In this document: positions 1-7,452 of the stretch, one piece after another
How positions within the stretch are numbered: the first letter of the stretch is position 1
Layout: the number at the start of each line of letters is the position of its first letter
Source: an uncultured virus (IMG/VR IMGVR_UViG_3300033121_001607)
Taxonomy: Duplodnaviria > Heunggongvirae > Uroviricota > Caudoviricetes
IMG/VR virus record: IMGVR_UViG_3300033121_001607
DNA: 64,000 nucleotides
Reading direction: 5' to 3' (one strand)
Program-made: the position numbers and the translations under genes
Notes under the pieces: model-generated
The model's database searches: none
The model's input: the letters and a program-made list of their open reading frames with translations, nothing else
Told to the model about the DNA's origin: nothing

Positions 1-911
1 CTCATACCAGAAGTCATGTTCTCAAAGATATCCTTAGCGTCTATCTTGTCAGCAACCATAACTGTATTGAGAAGAAACTCTGGATGAGAACCGAACATCA
101 CAGACATCTCAAGAGCAGACTTAAGATAGAACTCATGATACGGGAAGTGCAATCTCTTTGGGTCATTGAGACAGCGGCTCGTACTCATACACATCAATAT
201 CTCTTGCGAGGAGCCATGTTCTTTCTTGCAATAATGGCAATCATTTGTGGCGATAATCGGAACATTCATCTCGTTGCCAAGCTTTATGATATCAGGAATA
301 ATAGCGGCTTCAGCCTCAATCCCATGATACATAACTTCTAAATGGAAATCTTCCTTGAAGATATCCTTAAAGAGGGCAACAGACTTCTTCGCCTGATCAT
401 AACGATCATGAAGCAGATTCGCATTGATAACACTACTGAGACATGCGGAATTGCATATCAAACCTTCGCTATGTTCAGCTAGAAGGTTGATATCAATTCT
501 CGGGTCAATGTATACGCCCTCCGTCCATGATTTCTGTGATAGAGAGCAAAGATTTTGCCAGCCTGCCCAATTCTTTGCGATAAGAACTAAGTGGCGATTA
601 CCTTTTCTTCCGTCAGGTTGACCCTTAGCGATTTTGCTGCCGTCTTTTTTCTCGCCTCTCAAATGACGGTCTTTAGATAAGTAAAACTCGCAACCGATAA
701 TAGGCTTTATGCCTTCTTTATTGCATTCTTGAGTAAACTTGACTGCTCCGCCCATATTACCGTGATCAGTTAATGCTAAAGCCTTAAACCCCATTTCCTT
801 AGCAGCTTTAGGAAACTGAGATATCTTATTCAGTCCGTCAAAGGAAGAATATTCGGAATGATTGTGCAAATGCACAAAATCGCTGTTGCTTATGATTTTT
901 GCCATAGTCAT
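1..911 (-). CDS. dnaE: DNA polymerase III alpha subunit, N-terminal PHP domain (runs off the left edge of the window)
   Basis: Not in the ORF track. My translation from ATG 911 (second in-frame ATG at 905) gives MTMAKIISNSDFVHLHNHSEYSSFDG...ALALTDHGNMGG...GIKPIIGCEFY...RHLVLIAKN...PRID...NSACL...IIATNDCHY...EFYLKS, the standard DnaE PHP motifs, with no stop before base 1. Confidence 0.95.
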   Translation of the reverse strand, partial: MTMAKIISNSDFVHLHNHSEYSSFDGLNKISQFPKAAKEMGFKALALTDHGNMGGAVKFTQECNKEGIKPIIGCEFYLSKDRHLRGEKKDGSKIAKGQPDGRKGNRHLVLIAKNWAGWQNLCSLSQKSWTEGVYIDPRIDINLLAEHSEGLICNSACLSSVINANLLHDRYDQAKKSVALFKDIFKEDFHLEVMYHGIEAEAAIIPDIIKLGNEMNVPIIATNDCHYCKKEHGSSQEILMCMSTSRCLNDPKRLHFPYHEFYLKSALEMSVMFGSHPEFLLNTVMVADKIDAKDIFENMTSGM

Positions 912-940
912 GTATCGACGCTACACGACTCAGATTTAGA
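912..940 (-). promoter_or_regulatory. Putative sigma28 (FliA/SigD/WhiG)-type promoter upstream of dnaE
   Basis: Minus strand reads TCTAAA-N15-GTCGATAC, against the sigma28 consensus TAAA-N15-GCCGATAA. ATG 905 follows 6 nt later and there is no Shine-Dalgarno sequence. Confidence 0.6.
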
Positions 941-948
941 AAGAAACA

Positions 949-1227
949 CTAACCGTGTTTCTTGGGATCAAATCGTTCTCGAATACCCTTTTCTTTATCA
1001 TGAACCCACTTAGGCCGTGTTTTCCTAATATGGTCACGAACATCGGAACATCTGTCCCAGGCTGGTTTGCTGTCTCTAATAGCTGGCGCACAAATAGCTC
1101 TACGGATTGGCTTGCCGCTTTCAGGGTCAACAGTAAGAGCGTCGGCTTTTATGCTTTGAAAAACCTCAAACGTCTCGCCTGTTGGTTCGCCTTCTTTATC
1201 CAGTATTTCGTATATGTAGGTCGGCAT
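949..1227 (-). CDS. FmdB-family zinc-ribbon-like regulatory protein (variant lacking the CxxC pairs)
   Basis: MPTYIYE...GETFEVFQSIKADALTVDPESGKPIRRAICAPAI matches the FmdB pattern MPxYxY...FE.xQ...DxL..CP..G....R.IS.P without the CxxC pairs. Confidence 0.75.
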   Translation of the reverse strand: MPTYIYEILDKEGEPTGETFEVFQSIKADALTVDPESGKPIRRAICAPAIRDSKPAWDRCSDVRDHIRKTRPKWVHDKEKGIRERFDPKKHG

Positions 1228-1448
1228 TAATTTTTACTATATCCTGCGCATTGAATAACAATGGAAGTAATAAAATTCTTTTTGTACACTTTCCATTCAA
1301 CTTGCCTGCCAAAGACAGTAATTCTTACAGGCTCAATTGGATTTGAACAATCTACTGTTTCGCAATCATTACATAACGGAGATACAACCCCAAGAGGCCC
1401 AACAGGAAGCCTATCAAGAGGAACAAGTTTGCACTTATACTGACTCAC
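1227..1448 (-). CDS. Small Cys-rich hypothetical protein
   Basis: 73 aa with CNDC..DC and QC; abuts or overlaps both neighbours. Confidence 0.7.
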   Translation of the reverse strand: MSQYKCKLVPLDRLPVGPLGVVSPLCNDCETVDCSNPIEPVRITVFGRQVEWKVYKKNFITSIVIQCAGYSKN

Positions 1449-2053
1449 TCGCTATCATCTCTCCTCTTAATTTTCTTTGTTACGTCTTGCGCTTTTTTGA
1501 GAGCAATTTGTCTTTCTTGCAAGATATTTCTTGCTTCTTCTTCAGTAAGTTCAGTTTGATCAGCCGCTGCTGACAGAGACACAGCCGGCGTAGCGCCATC
1601 AATCGCATTTTGAATATCATTCAGCCTTGCTTGCTCTTGACGGATTTGCTCTCTAACAGCCTCGGGATACTCAGATAAATCATCGCCATCATCTTGTTCT
1701 AAATTAACAATGGTTGGTCCATTTGTTATATTTTTGGGCTTAAATATTGGTCTTGAAGAAACCAATCTTGGTCTAGGCAAGGAAGAAGATTTTTGAGCAA
1801 CAGTTTTTTGCACCGGCAAAGAAGCTGAAACAGTTCGTTTGCCCTCAAGGACTCCTTGAGCAATCAAAAAATCGGTTATCTCAGCAAACATCCCAACGGG
1901 AAAGCTGATAGCGATTTCCCCATTTTCGTCTAAAACACCGATAGACATGCCGCAATCAGCGGACTCATAAAGCCTTAGCCAAATGGAGAAAACAGCGTCT
2001 CCATTGACATATTCGTATTCAAAATCTATCTTCTTATTTGACTTGATTGCCAT
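1445..2053 (-). CDS. Hypothetical protein
   Basis: 202-aa ORF in the co-directional gene array; overlaps its neighbours. Confidence 0.75.
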   Translation of the reverse strand: MAIKSNKKIDFEYEYVNGDAVFSIWLRLYESADCGMSIGVLDENGEIAISFPVGMFAEITDFLIAQGVLEGKRTVSASLPVQKTVAQKSSSLPRPRLVSSRPIFKPKNITNGPTIVNLEQDDGDDLSEYPEAVREQIRQEQARLNDIQNAIDGATPAVSLSAAADQTELTEEEARNILQERQIALKKAQDVTKKIKRRDDSE

Positions 2054-2249
2054 TACTATCTCCTAGAATCTTCTTCCTTAAGAACTGCCTTATCTGTCGC
2101 TGCTGTTGCGTCAATCGCTTCTTTATTTCCCTATATATGGGGGCTGGAATTTCGCTTTGTATAAACGTTCCGCATTTAGGACATACTGTTCCATATACAT
2201 TCGATCTTGCCCCCAAACTCGAAAAACAATGAGGACAGATAAAACTCAT
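2034..2249 (-). CDS. Zinc-ribbon protein with basic helical tail
   Basis: CPHC...CPKC pair followed by an Arg/Lys/Gln-rich helix; ATGA overlap with the upstream gene. Confidence 0.7.
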   Translation of the reverse strand: MSFICPHCFSSLGARSNVYGTVCPKCGTFIQSEIPAPIYREIKKRLTQQQRQIRQFLRKKILGDSNGNQVK

Positions 2250-2731
2250 TGCTCATCCTCGTCTAAAACAATATCGTCATTTTCGTCATCGTCGTTATCG
2301 TCTTTGTCAAACGATATCTCTTTTCTATAACCATACTTTTTATCAAGGTATTCTGAATCAACAATATAAGTTTCCCATTCTGATTTCCAAAAAGCCGGCC
2401 ATGAATCAACAACATGAGGCAATGGCTCAGGAGTTTTCCAGCCAAACTCATTACACCAATAAGTCAAACTCTTTATATCTGCATTATGAGCGTCTTTGCT
2501 TGAGGGGAGATATTCAGCTACATAAACTTTACCCGTATTGTAAAAATGACAAATAAGAATTGCGAAGCCAAAAGGGCTCATAATAGTAACTTTTGAACGG
2601 ACCATCCATTCGCCCTTATGACTCGCAACGCCAAGCTCTTCAGCGTCAGCAGCCATAATTTTGCAAACCTTTTCATAGTTACCGTTTGCTTCAAGTAAAG
2701 TTATATCAGAAAACTGAATCTCAAATTCCAT
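2246..2731 (-). CDS. Hypothetical protein with acidic C-terminal tail
   Basis: 161 aa ending DKDDNDDDENDDIVLDEDEQ; abuts the upstream methyltransferase stop. Confidence 0.75.
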   Translation of the reverse strand: MEFEIQFSDITLLEANGNYEKVCKIMAADAEELGVASHKGEWMVRSKVTIMSPFGFAILICHFYNTGKVYVAEYLPSSKDAHNADIKSLTYWCNEFGWKTPEPLPHVVDSWPAFWKSEWETYIVDSEYLDKKYGYRKEISFDKDDNDDDENDDIVLDEDEQ

Positions 2732-3580
2732 TCAACTAATCCTATTTTCTTCAACAGTATTTACCGTCTTTTTATTTTCCTCAATCCTTTTAGACCTTGG
2801 AATGTAATCGTCAAATATGTTAGAAACCGAAGATATTCTTTGCCTTGCATAAACAACATCGGATTCTGAGTTATCAATTCCAATATAGTTTCGACCAAGA
2901 ACTTTAGCCATTAACCCTGTTGTACCAGTCCCCATAAACGGATCGACAACCGTATTTCCTCTATAAGAAAATAACTTGATAACTCTCTTTGCTAACTCTT
3001 CAGGAAATGGCGCTGGATGCCCATTTAGATTTTGAGTTTCTGGCTGAATAAACCATGTAGAAAAAGTCCAGTTTTGGAATTCTTCATTTGTCATATCAGA
3101 AAGCTCGGGGTCTCCCTCAAGCTTCCAACTACCCTTAGACCAAACCATGATATACTCATGATTTCTTCTAATAGCTGGATTAGAACAAGACATATAAGAA
3201 CCAAAAGCAGTTGCCCTACCTGACCAGTTTTGCTTATACCAGCAAATCTCGGTTCTATACTTAAGACCTATTTCTCTACCTATATTAATCAAGTCTCCCG
3301 CAATGGGTCTCATATATTCTTCGTCGTCTTGTCTATTTCTAACCGAATCAATGTTGATTACAAGTCGCCCGCCGTCAACAAGTATTCTCTTGCATTCGAC
3401 AAATATCTTCTTTAGCCAATCAACATACACTTTATATGGATCGTCATCATTACGATTGCGATATCCTTCAAGCTGAATATTGTAAGGTGGAGAAGATAAA
3501 ACAAGATGAACACTCTCGTCAGGTATTTTTTTAAGACCGTCCAAAACATCGTCCAACATAATTGTGTTCAACAAACTCAT
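2732..3580 (-). CDS. DNA methyltransferase, N4-C/N6-A family, beta order (SPPY, probably m4C)
   Basis: Catalytic SSPPY near the N-terminus, then HPAPFPEEL and the SAM-binding motif VVDPFMGTGTT near the C-terminus. Confidence 0.92.
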   Translation of the reverse strand: MSLLNTIMLDDVLDGLKKIPDESVHLVLSSPPYNIQLEGYRNRNDDDPYKVYVDWLKKIFVECKRILVDGGRLVINIDSVRNRQDDEEYMRPIAGDLINIGREIGLKYRTEICWYKQNWSGRATAFGSYMSCSNPAIRRNHEYIMVWSKGSWKLEGDPELSDMTNEEFQNWTFSTWFIQPETQNLNGHPAPFPEELAKRVIKLFSYRGNTVVDPFMGTGTTGLMAKVLGRNYIGIDNSESDVVYARQRISSVSNIFDDYIPRSKRIEENKKTVNTVEENRIS

Positions 3581-3582
3581 GA

Positions 3583-4341
3583 TTACTCCGAGAATATATC
3601 TTTTACTACGTCTAGTCTTTGTTTTGCTAAAGCGATTGCTTCAGTGCTTTTATCGCTTCCAACAGGAAACCTCTTAGCCGCTAACGCTGCTTCTAAAAAA
3701 CTACCGCTACCGCAAAACGGATCTAAAACTCTGTCTCCAGGATTACTCCATATGGAAACCACTCTTTCCATAAGTTTAAGAGGCTTTTGAGTTGCATAGC
3801 CATTCTTTTCGGGCTCATTCCTGCATATGGCAGGAATATCAACCCACCAATCCTCAAGCAACTTACCCCTTTGCTCATAATGTTCCCAAGGGATTTTCTC
3901 TTTTGACCAAGCAGCGGCTCCGCCAACATTCATTTTTGTTTTGTAAGGAACTCTCGGTTGATTAAATGCATATTCTCCAAGACCGTACCATAAGATCGTA
4001 TGGTGCTTCCTAGGGAGCCATCTTTTAGCGCTTGCAGGGTTACTAAAACCCCATATGATTTCGTTCCTGAAATTATCCCTTCCAAAAATCTTGTCCATTG
4101 AAACTTTGACATAATGTATCGCTTTGTAATCCATATGAACTACAATATTTGAGTCCTTCTTCATTAGCTTCTTGATAGCATCTAGCCTATCAGTCATATA
4201 AGAAACAAACTCGTCGAAAGACGAACCAACTCCATAGTATTCGTCTTCAGATTCACAGCTATAAGGAGGATCTAGATACACTAAATCAACAGGCTCCGTT
4301 ACCAGCCCAAGACAATCGGTATTATGAAGCTCATATTTCAT
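3583..4341 (-). CDS. DNA methyltransferase, N6-A/N4-C family, beta order (DPPY)
   Basis: VDLVYLDPPY, FRNEIIW, YATQKPLKLMER and VLDPFCGSGS. Confidence 0.92.
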   Translation of the reverse strand: MKYELHNTDCLGLVTEPVDLVYLDPPYSCESEDEYYGVGSSFDEFVSYMTDRLDAIKKLMKKDSNIVVHMDYKAIHYVKVSMDKIFGRDNFRNEIIWGFSNPASAKRWLPRKHHTILWYGLGEYAFNQPRVPYKTKMNVGGAAAWSKEKIPWEHYEQRGKLLEDWWVDIPAICRNEPEKNGYATQKPLKLMERVVSIWSNPGDRVLDPFCGSGSFLEAALAAKRFPVGSDKSTEAIALAKQRLDVVKDIFSE

Positions 4342-4966
4342 TCTTCTTAGGACCTCTAAGCCTGTCTATCTCTTCTTGTTTCTTTTCAGCCATGTAAATC
4401 TCATATCTTGATTTTGTTCTTGCAGGAAGCCCCTTTACAAGCTTCTCTAGATCGTCCACCCTTTCAACAAGGATGTAGGAATCCACAACCTTGTAGACCT
4501 TTTCCGCTATCTCTAGATCTTTAAGATTGAAACCAACCTTTGACAAGAAGTTATACATATGATTACTTACAAATAGATCGGCAGCAATAATAGATTCCGC
4601 TTTATCAGTCTTTCCTCCGCTTTCTGAATATATAACCAGTTCCCTAACGATAGAATCAACAATATCGTCTAAGCTTATATTTAGACCTGACGATAATTTT
4701 TCTATACTTTCTCTAAGAGTTATCTGTTCATAAGCCGAGACTAGCTGTATAATATTGCCAGCGCTCTTACAGCCAAAACAGTAATAATCTTGTCCATTTG
4801 GTTTATCAAACACAAAGAATGACGGGGTGTTATCATTGACATGAGTAGGTAATGGGCAACGATATTTATATCTCTCAGCGTCATGGCTTTGCCATTGTAT
4901 CCCTTTTAGGGCAAGATAATCAGTTATCTTAATTGATCTTGAAATTGTATCTATTATAGCATTCAT
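4331..4966 (-). CDS. CHC2 zinc-finger protein (DnaG primase N-terminal domain only, no TOPRIM domain)
   Basis: CPLPTHVNDNTPSF...YYCFGCKSAGNIIQLV...ITLRESIEKL is the DnaG zinc-binding domain. The remaining ~110 aa look helical, with no EGxxD or DxD TOPRIM motif. Confidence 0.85.
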   Translation of the reverse strand: MNAIIDTISRSIKITDYLALKGIQWQSHDAERYKYRCPLPTHVNDNTPSFFVFDKPNGQDYYCFGCKSAGNIIQLVSAYEQITLRESIEKLSSGLNISLDDIVDSIVRELVIYSESGGKTDKAESIIAADLFVSNHMYNFLSKVGFNLKDLEIAEKVYKVVDSYILVERVDDLEKLVKGLPARTKSRYEIYMAEKKQEEIDRLRGPKKNEI

Positions 4967-4968
4967 AA

Positions 4969-6549
4969 TTAGTCAAAACCCAAATCGTTTACATTATTAA
5001 CAAGACCCTTTATTGTTTTCTTTACATCACCTTTGCTAAGCATAGGATTAGGCGCTTCTGGCTCAAAAGAAAGATCAAGATCGGGATTCTTTATTACAGC
5101 ATCTTCTGCTTTTTTAATCAAGTCGGACGCTTCTGGATCTCCAAAATCAAACGTCGCTTCAACGGTTGAATAAATTTTACCAATATGGGGATTAACTTCA
5201 AGATCTGCTTTTGACTTATCTTTGTACTGACCGAACATTGTTGAGCCATAACGAGATTTTACGCATACCAGGTAAAGCTTCTCTTTTGGTCTATCAGGAT
5301 GGGGAAACTGAACAAAAATATTATCAGCGTCAGCCGAAAAATCATGAGAACCTCTAAGAGCGTCTGAGCCAACAGTCTGCTTGCCGTCTTTCTGATTACG
5401 AAGCGACTTAATCGCCTCTCTGTTCAACTGAACAGCAGATAAAACAGAAAAGCCCATCTTCCTACCAAGCTGTCTAAGATCCTTGCACATCTGACCGTAC
5501 CAGCTATGCTCGGCAAGCCGCTGATACCAGGGTTCGGGACTTAGAATAGAGATATAGTCAATTACAACAAGTCTTGGTTTGAAGAAATGTTTTCTCTTCT
5601 CAAGTTCCGCTCTAATCTTTGATACGGTCATTCTTTCTTGAGCGTCAAGAATGGCAAACTTAGAACTTATTTTCTTGAACTCGTCACTAGCCTTCTTGAG
5701 CCTTTCTTTTTCTGGCGGCGAAAGCAAACTAGGTTTGCCAATTTTCTCAGAATGAACGTTTGCCTCTCTAGCCATAATTCTCTGCATCAATCTGGCCTTA
5801 GGCATTTCAAGAGAAACATAAAGAACGTCTTCTTGAGAATCTTTACAAACATTCAGAGCGATATTAATCATTGTTGCGGACTTAAATCCGCCAACGTCAG
5901 CAACGATAAGAGTTAGCGCGCCGATATCCAAACCCATTGGCATTGTCTCGTCAAAGGGCTTTATTCCAGTTTGGAGAACTTTCTTTGGATTCGTTATCTC
6001 ATTCTCTAGTTCCGCATACCAGTCGTCTCCGTATTCGGCAACAGTATCCCAAGAAGCAATTTTGCCGTCAATTGAGTTTGAGGTTAGTATGGTAAGCTCT
6101 TCTGTAAGAGAAGAAAGCGAACCCATCCAATCTTTGCCTTTATTGGCGCTAAACCTCTCTATGAGCTTAACAGACCTTTGACGAATAAAACTCTCTCTAA
6201 CTCTCCTGCACATAAGAGAAAAGTCAGTCGAGTCAGTCTTTTCAAAATTCTTTATACCAGTATATATGTCTTTTTCATTACCAACTGCAATTTTCTGACT
6301 CGAAACTTCGCTACCAGTCCATTTGTTATAATCGCCGTTTGCAACAGATTTCGATATGAAATCGTTGTAATACTCTTCAGTAAACGCTTGAGAATCTTGA
6401 TAAGATTGTTCTATCCCTCTAACAAAAGGCCTGTATTTCGCGTCAAAATATTCAATACCAATTTGCTCAGATAAAAAATCAGGTATAAACTCTTGTTTAT
6501 TGGCAACTATGTTGAGTAATTTTTGTTGAGCTTCTGCGTCTGTAATCAT
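4969..6549 (-). CDS. dnaB: Replicative DNA helicase, DnaB family
   Basis: QTGIKPFDE, Walker A IVADVGGFKS, YVSLEM, VVIDYI, SAVQLNR, DADNI and KSRYG. Start moved to ATG 6549 (MITDAE), which forms an ATGA overlap with the upstream stop. Confidence 0.92.
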   Translation of the reverse strand: MITDAEAQQKLLNIVANKQEFIPDFLSEQIGIEYFDAKYRPFVRGIEQSYQDSQAFTEEYYNDFISKSVANGDYNKWTGSEVSSQKIAVGNEKDIYTGIKNFEKTDSTDFSLMCRRVRESFIRQRSVKLIERFSANKGKDWMGSLSSLTEELTILTSNSIDGKIASWDTVAEYGDDWYAELENEITNPKKVLQTGIKPFDETMPMGLDIGALTLIVADVGGFKSATMINIALNVCKDSQEDVLYVSLEMPKARLMQRIMAREANVHSEKIGKPSLLSPPEKERLKKASDEFKKISSKFAILDAQERMTVSKIRAELEKRKHFFKPRLVVIDYISILSPEPWYQRLAEHSWYGQMCKDLRQLGRKMGFSVLSAVQLNREAIKSLRNQKDGKQTVGSDALRGSHDFSADADNIFVQFPHPDRPKEKLYLVCVKSRYGSTMFGQYKDKSKADLEVNPHIGKIYSTVEATFDFGDPEASDLIKKAEDAVIKNPDLDLSFEPEAPNPMLSKGDVKKTIKGLVNNVNDLGFD

Positions 6550-7406
6550 CCTTGCCCCCCAACCTTTATCAGCCATGTATTATTCGCAGAAATGATTTTC
6601 TGAAATGCATAACCCATAAACTTACTATAGTCCTGGGCCTCAACATCAAAATCACAAATCAGAATGGTTGGTAACTTATTTTCAAGTCTTGTTATCAAAA
6701 AGCTTTCAAATAAAGCGACAAAGGATTGATAGTTAAAATCAAGTTCGTTTGCAGGTAGAGTTATGTCGTCGATAACAAGCCAATCGCACTCTTTCAAATC
6801 ATTAGCTTTGTCTGTCTTTTGCTTTAGATCTTGCTTGAGAGTATGGAACGACACCATTGAATATGTATCTGCTCGATTAGAAGCATAGAGTCTTCTCCAT
6901 ATAGCTTCTTTAATAATAAGACTCGCAATAAGAGTCTTACCAGCAGGCAAAGAACGAGAAGAAGCTCCAAGTTTCAAACGAATAGCGTCTCCATGAATAA
7001 TAACATTATCGCCATCATTAAAACGGGCATCCATCTTAGAGGCTTTATTCATAGCCTCTCTAGTTGAAAGCCTAGCTATTTCTTCGCCGTCAAAAAGATA
7101 CTTACGAAGATCGTTTTGTATCCTAACTCGGTCTTCGTTACTCCAAACGGATTGAAGGTTCTTATTTTTGTCAACAACCATTCCGGTTAGATTTTGAATA
7201 CTTAGCTCTCTGTATTGCTCTGGTATTGTATATTCAATGTTGCCTTTGATTTCTGCAAGTTTCCTACAAAGGCAACCATTAGGCCTACTGCACTGGTCTG
7301 CTCCAATATAGTTTTTACAAAACGAAGAACTACTATTTGAATCTTCCCCTGCGGTTTGATACAAATAAAACCTATACTTGCGTATGATTGCAGTCAAATC
7401 AGACAT
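6546..7406 (-). CDS. DnaC/DnaI/IstB-like AAA+ ATPase, putative helicase loader
   Basis: N-terminal Cys cluster (C..C..CLC), IPEQY, Walker A ...AGKT, Walker B DWLVIDDI and RLENKLPTIL; lies directly upstream of dnaB. Confidence 0.75.
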   Translation of the reverse strand: MSDLTAIIRKYRFYLYQTAGEDSNSSSSFCKNYIGADQCSRPNGCLCRKLAEIKGNIEYTIPEQYRELSIQNLTGMVVDKNKNLQSVWSNEDRVRIQNDLRKYLFDGEEIARLSTREAMNKASKMDARFNDGDNVIIHGDAIRLKLGASSRSLPAGKTLIASLIIKEAIWRRLYASNRADTYSMVSFHTLKQDLKQKTDKANDLKECDWLVIDDITLPANELDFNYQSFVALFESFLITRLENKLPTILICDFDVEAQDYSKFMGYAFQKIISANNTWLIKVGGQG

Positions 7407-7412
7407 ATAATG

Positions 7413-7440
7413 TTCTCGACAAAAATAACCCAGCAGTTGC
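7413..7440 (-). promoter_or_regulatory. Possible second sigma28-like promoter, upstream of the loader gene
   Basis: Minus strand GCAAC-N15-GTCGAGAA, then exactly 6 nt to ATG 7406, the same geometry as at dnaE. The -35 match is weak and there is no clear SD. Confidence 0.4.
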
Positions 7441-7452
7441 AGGAAATCACAA

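Noticed and set aside
6549..6576. ORF-track starts at 6576, 10196, 48188 and 63916
   Set aside because: SD position or stop-start coupling favours 6549, 10163 and 48164, and the last ORF stays open to the window edge.
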